Shown here piece after piece: positions 48,420 to 61,958 of a stretch of DNA of 64,000 nucleotides; positions within the stretch are counted from its first letter, which is position 1, and every line of letters starts with the position of its first letter. This stretch comes from Octopus vulgaris (Eukaryota). The translations under genes were made by a program, and so were the position numbers. The notes beneath the pieces are model-generated. The model saw only the letters and a list, made by a program, of their open reading frames with translations, did not search any database and was not told where the DNA came from. Where the stretch lies: the NCBI GenBank assembly GCA_951406725.2, contig OX597833.1:42532001-42596000 (forward strand), read 5' to 3'.

Positions 48420-49600
48420 GATTTTTATTTGTCCACAAGGGACTAACACAGAGGGGGCAGGGCGATTCGTCAACGAATTATAATACATTAAAAAATCTCT
48501 CTCTATATAAAGCTGAAGTTGTGTGTGTATAGCAGGTTTGGTAGCCTTCAACTAACATTATATCCTCCGAGACCCTGCGGCGCAAGTTGGCCAAAATTGA
48601 GAGTATGCTAGAAGAACGCTTGCTCTTCCTTCCGTAGAAGAAAAAAAATTCATATCGGACCATGTTAACATCAAAAAGGTGCATTTTTTTCTATGAAAAG
48701 CCCTATTTTTATGATTTTTTGCCTGCTGTATCGCCATTTTTCTGTGTATTTCAACCAGAAAAATGTTCACTTAAAGAGAATAACAAGCTACATAACGCAA
48801 AGTTTTTACTTTTCAAAAATTCCAATTCTAAAGGGTCGAAACAAACCCGAGCAACGCCGGGCGATACTGCTAGTTTATGATATATATAAAAATCGAATGA
48901 TTAAGATGAAGTGATGGATAGGTATGACTCCACAAACCACATTCCACCACTGAACCATTTAAAGAACCTTTATGTCGTCCCTTAATGTAGTACATTCACT
49001 CTCAACATGTATCCCACTTTCTTCCATCTTTTCTCGTATATACTTAGTGACAAGCAACTCCTCTCCAGCCTTATTTTTCTCTTGAGTTGGGAAACAAAAA
49101 CGCTTATCAATCCTCGGCTGGAGATGGAGTCACCTGTCACTACTCCTTTCATGCGAGACTTCCACACAACCCCTTTTGCAATCACAACTACAGCGAGAAA
49201 ACAGACCTTATCTTCCCTTTTCAGGTGGAACAATCTTTATAATTGACTCGGAAGACAACTGTATTCTTCCCAAACGTAGTAGCAGGTGTTCGACATAAAC
49301 CCACAACTCCGATATTTTCGGACATTGCACAATAGCATGCAGAACAGTTTCACTACTCTGCTCGCATCTTGGGCAAGTGGGCTGGCATGAAGAGCCGTGC
49401 CTGGCGAGATTATCTCGAACTGGTAAGGCTCCTCGGTAACATTGCCTGGTCAGAAACTTTTGGAAGTTATCCAAAGGCCCCGGCCCGAGTGTCCTTCAGA
49501 ACAAACCAGCAAGCTGACCTTCGTCGAAGCCTTGAGTTTCCCCCAGAACATTGTCACACTTAGCCTCTACTAACCCTCTAGAATGATGAGGTGGAACCCT
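48420..49600 (-). mobile_element. Tx1/L1-type LINE 3' fragment (zf-RVT region + 3' UTR), interrupted by a Helitron
   Basis: RGALPVRDNLARH..TCPRCEQSSETVLHAIVQCP..ELW, then AKGVVWKSR; tail cccctctgtgttagtcccttgtggacAAATAAA on the other side of the Helitron. Confidence 0.8.
48496..48873 (+). mobile_element. Non-autonomous Helitron
   Basis: A|TCTCTCTCTATATAAAG 5' end; 3' hairpin cccgagcaacgccggg then CTAG|T; no TSD. Confidence 0.85.
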
Positions 49601-51255
49601 CCCCACTGGCATTACGCGTGCAGAAGCGGCTTGGCCTTCTTAAATGTCAATCTGTAATTTCAAATTATTTCTCTTTTTTGTTCTACTTAAATCATGAAAT
49701 ACATGCATGCAATGTAAACAGGCTAAATTGAACACATATCTCTGCGTATAAAAGGGGAAGATAAGAAGAATTAATAGTGGAATAGACGTAAATGCAAATA
49801 CATATAGCCTATTAAATATATATTGATGACACGTCAGCGTGACTGACCAGGTTATCAGATGTTGCTACACATCGCTGGTCACAATGCGCTTCGCATTGTT
49901 TTAGCCTTCAAATAACGCCATCCCGCTAGCTAAGCGGGCAGGCCAACAGAAGAAAGAGTGAGAGAAAGTTGTGGCGAAAGAGTACAGCAAGGATCGCCGG
50001 AGCTTGGTGGAGCTTTAGGTGTTCTCTACTAAGTGTCTTCTACTATAGTCTCGGGCCGACCAAAGCCTTTGGTAGACGGAAACTGAAAGAAGCCCGTCGT
50101 ATATATGTATGCGTGTGTGTGTTTGTGTCTGTGTTTGTCCTCCTAGCATTGCTTGACAACCGATGCTGGTGTGTTTATGTCCCCGTTACTTAGCGGTTCA
50201 GCAACAGAGACCGATAGAATAAGTACTGGGCTTACAAAAGAATAAGTCCCGGGGTCGAGTTGCTCGATTAAAGGCGGTGCTCCAGCATGGCCGCAGTCAA
50301 ATGACTGAAACAAGTAAAAGAATAAAAGAAAAAAAGATGTGTGTGTGTGTGTGTATGTTTGTTTGTATATATGTCGTGTTCTAGCAATATATTCTGTGTA
50401 TACCACGTGCTCTCTATAGACTATCTGTCATTCCAATGAACATCCTGCATATTGTATTGGTTTGTCTAGCTAAGATCTAAACTCTGTATATGCGTATTGT
50501 ATACATCTTTGTGTTGTATTTTTGTTAACACCCGATAATAGAGTCACACAAGAAATTATTTACGAAAATAACGACAAACAAAATCCATATTATTTAGTTC
50601 TTTACTGCATCAAGGGGCTAAATATAGAGGGGACGAACAAGGACAGACAAACGGATTAAGTCGATTACATCGACCCAGTGCGTGACTGGTAACTTAATTT
50701 ATCGACCCCGAAAGGATGAAAGGCAAAATCGACCTCGGCGGAATTTGAACTCACAACGTAACGGCAGACGAAATACCGCTAAGCATTTCGCCCGGCGTGT
50801 TAACGATTCTGCCAGCTCGCCGCCTTGACAAACAAAATCCATATTAACCACCTGTATTAGTTATAAGAAAAAAAAAAAGAAAAAAAAAAAAAAGAAAAAC
50901 ATTCCCATCCAATGTAGTTAAACAGGTTTCTAAACTAAAACTATATAAAAATGTATGATTATAAATAAGCAAAATTATTTGTTTTACATGTAATTATCAA
51001 CATGAACTTATTCACTCATTATACATGCAAATTAAGGCTTCTTATTTTAGCAGTGCTATTATATAGACACCGCTCGCTACATTAAGACGGCATTAATCAA
51101 GTGATTCTAAAGTCGGGGACGGTTCCACCGATGGATGAGTTAGCCAGAAACCACTTCTTTTCGGAACACCTTGGGGAGTCTCTAATACTCAGCTAGTTTA
51201 GTTAAATCAATCAACTAATTAGTCAGTCAGTCAATCGGTCGGTCGGTCCGTACGT

Positions 51256-51465
51256 CCATCCATTCATCCATCCAACCATCCATCCATTCATCCATCCAAC
51301 CATCCATCCATCTCCGTCCAACCATCCATCCATTCATCCATCCAACCATCCATCCATTCACCCATCCAACCATCCATCCATTCATCCATCCAACCATCCA
51401 TCCATTCATCCATCCAACCATCCATCCATTCATCCATCCAACCATCCATCCATCTCCGTCCAACC
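51256..51465 (+). repeat. (CCAT)n-derived minisatellite with 24-bp higher-order unit
   Basis: ccatccattcatccatccaaccat repeated; explains the WMVGWMNG pseudo-ORF. Confidence 0.9.
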
Positions 51466-51682
51466 CCCTCTATCTCGTTCTCGGTCTACGCCTAAGTCTT
51501 CAGCCGGTTGGCTTAGATTGAAGAATCTGTCCTGCGACATTCTATTCACGTTCCTTTAGTTGTTTGTTGATATAATTATATTCTACAATTCTTAATGATA
51601 AGGACGGAATTCATCACTAGAAAAGAACATTTCCGATATAGACCATCATTAAACTAACTATATTTTGGTCATTTGCATGCAT

Positions 51683-51721
<39 letters not shown>

Positions 51722-51729
51722 CACACACA

Positions 51730-53995
51730 TTGTTTCCTTGTCCTGCCCGCACCTTGGACATTCCGGCAGCACTGATAATCTGTGTCATGACAATTTCTCG
51801 CGGACAGGTAACGCATTCCTGTAACACTGCCAGGTCAGAGATCTTTGGTAATTATCCAGATACCCCGCCCTGAAGGTGTTTTGAAACAGTTTAGCTAGCT
51901 GGTTCTCATCGAGTCTCTCCTAGGACGTCATCGCTCTTATACTCTACCATCCCTTTATAAAATACAGAAGTGGTATTTCCGCTGCCGGCCTTGCACGCCC
52001 TGTAGATTAGCGCGAGTGTCTGCCGGCACTCCTTTTGCCATTCAGTCGTTTTCTGTCTTTTTATCAAACCGGGTGTAAATTCCTCCAAGGAGATTGGTCG
52101 TGGAAAGAATTCCCCTGCAAGCGAATTCCACACCTGACCACCATCCAGGTAGAGCCAGAGATGCCTTAGCCTCAGTGCATGTCTGTACATCAACAGCTAC
52201 GGCATCCCTAACCCATCCTTTAGCGGTTCTTGGCAGCATGCGGAGCGCCTCACAAGCTGTTTTCTCTTCCACAAAAAGCGGAAGAGAAGTCGCACCAACT
52301 TGCATAGCCACGAATCAGAGCAAGGGACAACGGTCGGACGGTAGGTGATAACAGACGCAATAGACACATGCACCACCTCCGCCCTCCCTTTCAGGGACAG
52401 CGCCTTTCCAGACCAGGTCCGGACAAGGGCCTCCACCCTGCCTACCACCTCACTCCAATTCTTCTCCGTCTGGGAGTCTGGACCAAACCAAACTCCAAGC
52501 AACTTAACAGGACCATCCTTCCAGTGCCCCACGACACTGGACGTTATCGATTTGCCGCTCCAGGTGCCGAGCCGCAAACCGACGGACTTGTCCTTGTTAA
52601 CTTTTGCCCCTGCCACCGCCTCGTTCCTTTGATTGCATCCACTACACAAGATAGCTGAGCTACATTGGACACGGTGATGGTGACGTCATCCGCATGTGCA
52701 GAAACAGACTTACCACATCCGATTTTATTGGGGATGCCCCCCAAACTCTCCAACTTCCGCAGCAATGGTTCAAGAGTCAATACATTCAGAAGCGAAGACA
52801 GGGGGCACCCTTGTTGAACCGAGCGCTGGATCTCAAACGGCTCCGACAGGTAACCATTTATTTGGACTGTGGATTTGATGCCACCATAAATGTCCTTGAT
52901 CCAACCGCGGAAGTCCGAACCTAGCCCTGCTGCCAGGTACTGGTGGTCTACCCTATCGTAAGTTTTACTTTGGTCTAAATGGACCAATTCCCCACCTTTA
53001 CCGGCAGGGGCAAAAGTTAACAAGGACAAGTCCGTCGGTTTGCGGCTCGGCACTTGGAGCGGCAAATCGATAACGTCCAGTGTCGTGGGGCACTGGAAGG
53101 ATGGTCCTGTTAAGTTGCTTGGAGTTTGGTTTGGTCCAGACTTTATCTACTCTGTCTAAGGTGTGGCGTAAGAGATGAAGATTGTCCTGGATTGACCTGC
53201 CAGGGATGGCGCATATTTGCGCCCTCCCTACAAGTTTCTCCGCGACACGCATCAACCATTTTGCTAACACCTTGGCCAAAATCTTTATCTCTACATTCGG
53301 TAGAGTTATGGACCTAAAGTTACTAATGACCTTGCTCGGGTCATTTCTGATCAGCGTCACCACTCTCCAACTCCCATTCTGCAGCCAGTTCATGTAGACG
53401 CAAGCCAGCAAGTGTCCGAAAAAGTCCGGCATACTACATTAAAATTCATAGGGCAGACCATCCAGCCCCGGCGACTTGTCCCCGGCGCATTCAGCCAGCA
53501 CCTCCTCAACCTCCGCAGCTGTAATCGGCCCTTCACAACATTCCGCCTCCCGCACCTAGAGTCGTGGCCCGACGGCTAGGAAGTCCCTTAAGGACTCCCC
53601 ACGATCCAGCGCCTCGCTCGTCCCAAACAACCGGGCGAAATGTTGGTGAAAAGCCTTTTGCATCTCGTCCTGTCCTTTGATCGTACGCCCCTGCCCCTGT
53701 TCGTCAATTAAAGACTATATAGAAGCTTCTCTGCCTCTCCGACTCTCCACACGACGTGCCCATCCGGCAACGTTAATACCTTCTCTGCCCACCACACGTA
53801 ACTTAGCCCTGACTCTACACTCTTCGTGTTTGGCTTTGAAATGACGGAATAACACCGTTCTTGCCGCCAATACTCTGGATGAAGAGCCAGATTCCATGGC
53901 CTCCTCTAATTCCTTAATGAGGTTCCCTTCTATTCTTGTCTTCCCTAAACTTAGCTCTTTACTAAATCTAAGAGACTCCGAACTAATGGCTTGCT
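51730..53995 (-). mobile_element. Tx1/L1-type LINE ORF2 relic (reverse transcriptase to zf-RVT)
   Basis: KSPGLDG, NFRSITLPNVEIKILAKVLA, IPGRSIQDNL, LDQSKTYDRVDH, SVQQGCPLS, AHADDVT, KLLGVWF, LSLKGRA, CYRNALPVR..CPRC motifs with stops and frameshifts. Confidence 0.9.
53003..53142 (+). repeat. 140-bp inverted duplicate of 52475-52614 inserted in the RT coding region
   Basis: Reverse complement identical except one position by eye. Confidence 0.95.
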
Positions 53996-55126
53996 GTATC
54001 CTTTGATTTAATAATGAATTATTTGCTATTTATCATCAATATAAAAGAATTATTCAGTAGAAATAATTTAAAACTAAGGCACTTCTGTAGATTCATTAGA
54101 AAAAATCAATATAAGGTCAACTAACAAAGGTAGACTATCTACACATATTGATGCACGTTCCGCCCTCCTGAGTCATGCATATCTGATGCGGTTACTCTTT
54201 TACTCGTTTAATTGTTTCAGTTACTTGACTGCAGCCAGGACTTATTCTTTGTATGTCTAGTACTTATTCTATCAGTCTCTTTTGCCAAAACGCTAAGTTA
54301 AGGGGACGTAACCACACCAGCATCGGTTGTCAAGCGATGTTGGGGGTACAAATACAGACATACAAACATACACACACAGTCACGCACACGTACGCACACG
54401 CACACGTACGCACACGCACACACATATACACGACGGGCCTCTTTCAGTTTGCATCTACCACATCCACTCACAAGGCTTTGGTCGGCCCGAGGCTATAGTA
54501 CAAGACACTTGCCCACAGCGTCACGCTAGCTGCATACCACAAAGCCGGTCCTGCACCTATAAAGTCACTCCTGCACTTATAGCCGCTCCTACGGAGCAGA
54601 AATCACTTCCACTAAACCAAACCTAATCAAACAAAACACACACATTGAAGGCAGAACTGTGTTCGGTTTTAATATATGAGAAATATTACATTATTCCTTA
54701 GTAGGCTTGCTTTAAGATATTCTCAGCCAATTGGTTATAATTACGTGTTTTTGCTGTGTTATAGTTGTAGGTAGCAAAGAATCATTTGAATGATATACTT
54801 TCTGATGAAATCAGCGTCAGATTTAAACTCGTTGTTCTGTTAACTCAAGGTCTCTTTCACAGATTATTTCGCACGTAAAATAAACTATAAAAGTAACTTA
54901 TTGTTGGTCGTTAAGTTAGTTTTATAATACAGCAATAATGATGTTCTGGGTTACTGCATGATCTCAAATAGTTAAGCAGTAACGCTAAATCTGGAACGGA
55001 GAAAGTGCAGTTTAATTGTAGCTATTTTTATTATTAGCTCTACAATTGAATGAAGTACTCTTTATGATTCTACACGCACGCATGCGCACGCGCTCATTCG
55101 CCCACCCAGCCACACACACATACACT

Positions 55127-55373
<247 letters not shown>

Positions 55374-55658
55374 TTATGCACCCTTTTCAAGCCTAGCTAG
55401 GCTCATGAGCCCGGTTTCCTGGTTTCTATGGCGCATGTGTTCCTCCCAGCTGGACGGGACGCCAGTCCATCGCAGCGTTACTCAAGAAACAGGGAAAAAG
55501 AATGAGATAAAGTTGGGGCAAAAGAGTACAACAGGGGTCGCCACCACCCCCTGCCGGAGTCTCGTGGAGCTTTTAGGTGTTTTCGCTCAATAAACACACA
55601 CAACGCTTAGTCTGGGAATCGAAACTGCGATCCTCCGACCGCGAGTCCGCTGCCCTAA

Positions 55659-55693
<35 letters not shown>

Positions 55694-55852
55694 AATTAGA
55701 AAAAACCACCTTATATCTATTCAATAATGAAAAATTAAATTATACCATTTAGAAAAATTACATATTATAGAAAGATTAAATATAAGATAAAACATATAAC
55801 GATGATTAAGTAATGTGCAAAATAATAAATAAAACATATATATTTGGTAGAA

Positions 55853-55948
55853 TAACGACACGTGTTTCGTGGCTATATTTAAGAAATGATAATAGTAAAA
55901 ATAGTAGTAAAATCACTTCAATATAAATATAGCCACTCCTCAGGTTAA
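55853..55948 (-). ncRNA. Minimal type I hammerhead ribozyme motif (Penelope-like), intact core
   Basis: Minus strand: UAAC-CUGAGGA-GUGGCUAUAUUU..(45 nt)..AAAUAUAGCCAC-GAAA-CACGUG-UC^GUUA; 12-bp stem II, palindromic stem III, GUC cleavage triplet. Confidence 0.85.
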
Positions 55949-56049
55949 AGATAACCACAATAATAAAATAATTAATTAGATAAATTAATAAACATACGTA
56001 AATAATCTTGTAAAATACGAAATATCTTAAATATATATGTGCATAATCA

Positions 56050-56607
56050 TTTCTGCTCTAGGCACAAGGCCCGAAATTTTGAGAAGGGGACCAGTCGATT
56101 AGATCGACTCCAGTACGCAACTGGTACTTAATTTATTGAGCCGAAAGGATGACAAGCAAAGTCGACCTCGGCGGAATTTGAACTCAGAACGTAAAGACAG
56201 ACGAAAAATATTCTTTTCTACTCCAAGCACAAGGTCCGAAATTTTGGGATGGGGGCTAATCGATTATATCGACCCCAGTGCGTAACTTACTTATTTAATC
56301 AACCCCGAAAGGATGAAAGGCAAAGTCGACCTCGGCGGAATTTGAACTCAGAACGTAGCGGCAGACGAAATATCTATTTCTTTACTACCCACAAGGGGCT
56401 AAACACAGAGAGGACAAACAAGGGCATATAAACGGATTAAGTCGATCATATCGACCCCAGTGCGTAACTGGTACTTATTTAATCGATCCCGAAAAGATGA
56501 AAGGCAAAGTCGACCTTGGCGGAATTTGAACTCAGAACGTAATGGCAGACGAAATACGGCTAAGCATTTCTCCCGGTGTGCTAATAATTCTGCCAGCTTG
56601 CCGCCTT
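56050..56607 (-). mobile_element. Trimeric SINE family A array with two different tail types
   Basis: One full unit plus two truncated units, each restarting at TTTCGTCTG. Confidence 0.8.
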
Positions 56608-57739
56608 AATCACGAGAATAAGTACTTAATGCATATTCTTTTTATTTTATATTTGTCTCAGTCATTAGACTGTGGCCGTTCTGGGATACTATCTTGAAAA
56701 ATTTTAGTCGAATGAATCAAATCCAGTACTTATTTATAAGTGCTGGGGTACCAATAGAATAAGCCGGTTGCTTATTCTATTGGTGTCTTTTGCCGAACCG
56801 CTAAGTTATGGGGACGTAAGTACATCAACATCGTACAAAAACATTTCCTGGATTTAAGAATATTGCGAAAGGGTAGAACTGTTACCTTTACAGGGGAGAT
56901 AGGACAACTATTTAAGTGAAGACATGCAAAAAATCATGATGTAATACAATATAGCTTTCCCTTTTTTGCAGATTTAACCCATGATGGCAGCTCCTATAGT
57001 GGATTTAAGTAAAACTGAAGCACGGGCAGTCATGAAGTTCCTCTTTTCGCAACGCGAAGGAGCCGCGGAAATCCATTGCAATATGATGGAAATCTTGAAG
57101 GATAGCTGTCCATCTTACTCCACAGTGAAAATGTAGATGTCAAAGTTTCGATCTGGTCATTTCGAGGTCACAGATGAACTCCGGTCAGGACAGTATCTGG
57201 CGAATTTGTCTACAATATTTCGTCTACTACAATTCATCTACAATAATTCATACATATATGCAATTCATCTACAGCAATTTATCTACGGATACAATTCATC
57301 TACAAGGTTATAAAGCATCTAAAATAATACAAGTAAAATTTATTTTAGAGACAACTGCTTAGATCTTTGGCGCTGTTTAACTTTTTAATAAATTAAAGGC
57401 TATCTAGCCAAAAAATAAAAAAAGATTTTGCATTTAGTTTCAAAATAAAATTCCTCATTAAAAAAGACACAGTAAGTTTGCTGTCAAAGCTAAAAAGATA
57501 AAAAAACGACAGAGAATTGAAAAACCTTTTATTAAAAAAAGAAAAAAAATGATTTAAAAAGAAAGGTTATCTGCTATTCCACGAATACAATCACAAATAT
57601 TTGTACGACTGAAATTTTCCACTAGTCTTTTTATACGTTTAGCAGTATCACGGTAGCACTTTTTGTAGTTTCAGGGTTCCTCCTTGAGAGATAATGTTCT
57701 ATTTGGGCTTCATTAAAATTTTGCTCCTTCTTAAGACAA

Positions 57740-58306
57740 TCAATGAATTTCCATATATGTGGATGGTGAGCAGCAACGAGCAGCAACTTGGATCTGGAAA
57801 GCCCTGTGCCATCCTTCTACTGCATTATTTGGTTTTGGTAAATTTTGCAAAGCCTCATCATAAACATTCCATATTTCATGAGAAAAGATAGGAGACCTTT
57901 GCATATTTCTCCGTCCAGGGCGGCCGATCCATGTGTCCTCAAAATAATCTATTACATCTTGATCTTCATCAGGAAAAATATTATTATCGCATAATGTCTC
58001 AAATGTCTCGGTCACTTTTTCAACTTGAACAAATGCTATGGCTGACAACATCCGAAGCCTCAAAGCAAATTCAGAATTTGTTCCGTATAATCTCTGGAGA
58101 CAATTTCTCTGAACTGAATAGAATACACTTTGACAGAAGTGAAAGAGACACCCCTTGAGTTTTATATTTGGAAATTCCTTAAGGAATGCATTCTGCATAG
58201 CTTTTTCGAAGTCTATCGTTACAGTTGAAGGTGCATAGGATGGCTCTGAATTTGTTATTTTCTGTAAAAGCTGACTATAGGTTTCCTCACATTTGTTGTA
58301 ACACAA
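57740..58306 (-). pseudogene. MULE transposase fragment
   Basis: 188-aa ORF with the DFE and CxFH motifs of Mutator transposases; frameshifted on both sides. Confidence 0.8.
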
Positions 58307-58578
58307 ACACCGGCGGTACTGAAGCTTTTTCTCTTAAACTAGGCAGAGTATACGGCTGGTGAAACAACAATGGAACTGTCTTGAATGTACCATCGGTAAA
58401 CCATTGATTACTTTGTGAAAGTAAATGAAGGCTGCGTTTAGTAGTAAAAATAACATGCGTTTATCACCTGAATCATATATTAAGAATGCCTCACCTTTAA
58501 GGGATTTTGTATATTCGTCCGGAAAAATTAATTCTTTGCAATTCCTTGGTAAGGTTGGAACTGCATTATTTTGTTGAA

Positions 58579-58992
58579 AGGCGGCGAGCTGGCAGAAACC
58601 TTAGCGCGCGGGCGAAATGTCTAGCGGTATTTCGCCTGCCGTTACGTTCTGAGTTCAAATTCCGCCGCGGTCGACTTTGCCTTTCATTCTTTCGGGGTCG
58701 ATTAAATAAGTACCACTTACGCACTGAGGTCGATGTAATCGAGTTAATCCGTTTGTCTGTCCTTGTTTGTCCTCTATGTGTTTAACCCCTTGTGGGTAGT
58801 AAATAAATAGGTATTTCGTCTGTCTTTACGTTCTGAGTTCAAATTCCGCCGAGGTCGACTTTGCCTTTCATCCTTTCGGGGTCGAAAAATAAAGTACCAG
58901 TTTCGCACTGGGGTCGAGGTAATCGACTTAATCTCTTTGTCTGTCCTTGTTTGTCCCCTCTATGTTTAACCCCTTGTGGGCAGTAAAGAAAT
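58579..58992 (+). mobile_element. Dimeric SINE family A inside the MULE
   Basis: Full unit then second unit restarting at aaatag|GTATTTCGTCTG. Confidence 0.85.
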
Positions 58993-61052
58993 ATATTTTG
59001 TCCTTTTAAGATTTTGCGTTAACGGGGGTCTAGACACAGTAGCCTCACTACAACCTTCAAAGGCGCTAGATATTATTGATTGTAGTGTATCATTATTATT
59101 ATTGATTGTGGTGTTCTCACCATCTGACATATTTTTATAACAGTTTCTGTTGCTTCAACTTCCGCAGCATCTATTGTATGATTGTGTTCATTTATAAGAC
59201 TGCTTATTGCTTCCTCTAATGTAGTTATATTTGTGATATTTACCACACTTCCAGTAAGTCCTGGGTCCGTTCTCTCTATTTTTATAGAATAAATATCCAT
59301 CATGAACTAAATTTTTCCGTCGTTTTTCTGTTTCTATATATTGAAGAACCATTCTATGGGCTTCAGAGTACTGAAATTTTAACCAGTTTTCTCTTGGAAT
59401 TACGTCAAAACCTCGAAAAAATGCTGAGAATTTTAAAATTGAAAGGTGCTGTTATTGATACATATTGTCCTCCTTAGGAAAAACAAATTGTCATGAAGTG
59501 GTAGTTTGGTCATTAAGAAAAAGAAGTTTATAATTGCTCGTTTAATGCTATCAGTTCTCTCTGTATCTCTCTCTAGTTTTATCTGTAGATAAATTGTTGT
59601 AGATGAATTGTATATGTTGATAAATTGTTGTAGACGAATTCACCTAGAACCTGCCAGGAAGCCAACTTCGGCGACCACAGAGGATAATGCCGACGCTGTG
59701 CACGTTATGATTCTCGAGGGCCGCCAGATTTTAGTTGAAGTCATAGATGTAACTCTGGGGATTTCCCGCGAGAGTTGGTCACATCATCCAGAACATCCTG
59801 GACATTAGAAAGCTTTCCGCAAAGTGGGTACCCAAATGCCTGAACGCATATAAGAAGCGCATCAGAGTGACGATATCAAACGCAATTTTGAACCAGTTTG
59901 CAGTGGGAGAGGCTGATTTTATGGCTCGTTTAGTCACCATGGATGAAACTCGGCTTCGCCGTTATGATCCCCAAACCAAACAGCAATGAATGCAGTGGCC
60001 CTACGACGGTTCACCGCGTCCCAAGAAGTTTCGGACCCAGAAGTCAGCTGGAAAGATTCTGGCTTCAGTGTTCTGGGACAAATACGGAATATTCCTCATA
60101 AAATACTTGCCAAAAGGTCGCACTATCAACGCAGAATACTAGATGTCTCTGTTGGACGAACTGCGTGAAACTTCGAAGCAGAAACGCCGTGGCAAGCTGT
60201 GTTGTGGTGTCCTGTTTTTTTTTTCAGGACAACGTACCAGCGTACACAGCACATGAAACCCTACGGAAAATGCGCAACAATCGCTTCGAATTGCTAGCCC
60301 ACCCACCTTACCCTCTTGATTTGGCTTCCTCGGGAACGAAATAACACTCCGCTTCAGAAGTGATCGGTGCTACAGAGGTTGGAAGCCCAGCCTTCCGAGT
60401 TCTTTTTACGAGGCTTAGTAAAACTGAAGGACCGCTGCAATAATTGTGTGAATCTGAGAGGAGTATATGCTGAATAAAATCATAATTAATTGCACCTCCT
60501 GTATTTTTTAAAACCCAAAGCCAGGAGTTTTTCTGCACTTCCTTGTATATATATATATATATATATATAAAGCTTGGTGACACTAAGGTTAATTAAATAA
60601 AGTCGCAGGAAATGCCATTGAATAAAATATATTCGTGTAAAACTACTTTGAACAAGTTCATGTAGGCTCGGACGTGTGAAAATCTATCATCGCGGAAATA
60701 GTCGCAGGTGGGAAAAACATTCTCTTCCAAGGCAACATATGTGGAAACTCAATGGGCAGTGAATGACGTCCTTACGACGTCATGTATACATACATACGTA
60801 CGTACGTACATAGTATATACGCGTATGTCTATCGTCTGTCTGGGATATATATTAGGTTGTGAGGTGTGTTGGCGTCGATGTCATTCTCGCTCGAGCCAAA
60901 TCTGTCGTTTAATTCTCCTCTTCTCTCAAACAGCAAAATCTAGAGAATTATGAAATTAATCGTTATAAACACGCACAACTGTATATTACAGATACATACA
61001 CACACATACACGTACATACACACACCTACACATATGCATATATGTATATGTG

Positions 61053-61115
<63 letters not shown>

Positions 61116-61322
61116 GTATGTATGTATACGTATGTATATTTTTGTGTCTGTGTTTGTCTCCCAACATCGCTTGACAACCGATGCTGATGTGCTTACGTTC
61201 CCGTAACTTAGACATACAAAGAATAAGTCCTGGGGTCGATTTACTCGACTAAAGGCGGTGTTCCAGCATGGCCGTAGTCAAATGACTGAAACAAATAAAA
61301 GAATAAAATAATATATATATAT

Positions 61323-61360
<38 letters not shown>

Positions 61361-61378
61361 ACACAGATGGTCATAGGG

Positions 61379-61457
61379 TCACTACAGCTGTTTCAGACGT
61401 GTTCTTTATTGATAAACAAAATTACATATAAAAAAAAAGTCCGTTTTCTTCAGGTGA
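61379..61457 (-). ncRNA. Minimal type I hammerhead ribozyme motif
   Basis: Minus strand: UCAC-CUGAAGA-AAACG..CGUCU-GAAA-CAGCUG-UA^GUGA; one mismatch in stem II. Confidence 0.7.
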
Positions 61458-61958
61458 ACTGAAAGTAAAATTCAAAATTTAGGATTTTTCACACAAATAG
61501 TATATAATGCGTATTGGCTCTCTCATCTCGGTTACTGCTGAAAGAGTGAATAGGGAACGTTATTTCGAAGTAAATATACATAGTAATAAGTTAATCAACA
61601 CGTTTTAAGTATTGAAATAGAGAGAGGAAAATAAACAGAAATAGAAGGAGAGGAAAAGGAAAATGAAAAAAAAAAAAAAGAAAGAAAAATCTTTCATCCC
61701 ACTTAAGGGATATCAAAGGCTTTCTCTACGGTCTACGGAACGAGATGGTTAGCCATCATTTAATGACAACAAGATAAGCAAGAGAATGCACAATCGTAAA
61801 TAAAATTAATATGAGATGAAATAAATTAAAAATCACCACCAGATAAAAGCAAGAAGGGCGCAAAGCATGGTCATAAAGTAGAAGGCTTGTATATAATCGG
61901 AGTCCATCTTTGGCATCCGTTTTGCTGTTAAATTTTAAGTCTTAAATTTTACTCTTAA

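Larger units (their letters stand above)
57192..59651 (-). mobile_element. Mutator-like (MULE) DNA transposon fossil
   Basis: Transposase fragment TIDFEKAM..GCLFHFCQS..YFEDTWIG..NNAVEGWH (57740-58306); inverted termini built of CAATTCATCTAC subrepeats; degenerate 9-bp TSD ggtcaggac / tgccaggaa. Confidence 0.85.
56836..60546 (+). mobile_element. mariner transposon fossil split by a MULE insertion
   Basis: RAVMKFLFSQ..AAEIH..PSYSTVK..FRSGHFEVTDELRSG (56981-57190) resumes as KPTSATTEDNADAV..KLSAKWVPK..VTMDET..QDNVP..HPPYPLDLA (59660-60330); 3' TIR ends ..cacttccttg|TA. Confidence 0.85.

Noticed and set aside
51227-51463. WMVGWMNG repeat protein
   Set aside because: Translation of a CCAT-derived minisatellite.
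54803-54835. CUGAUGA-AAUC..GAUU-UAAAC hammerhead-like string
   Set aside because: No GAAA and no stem I.
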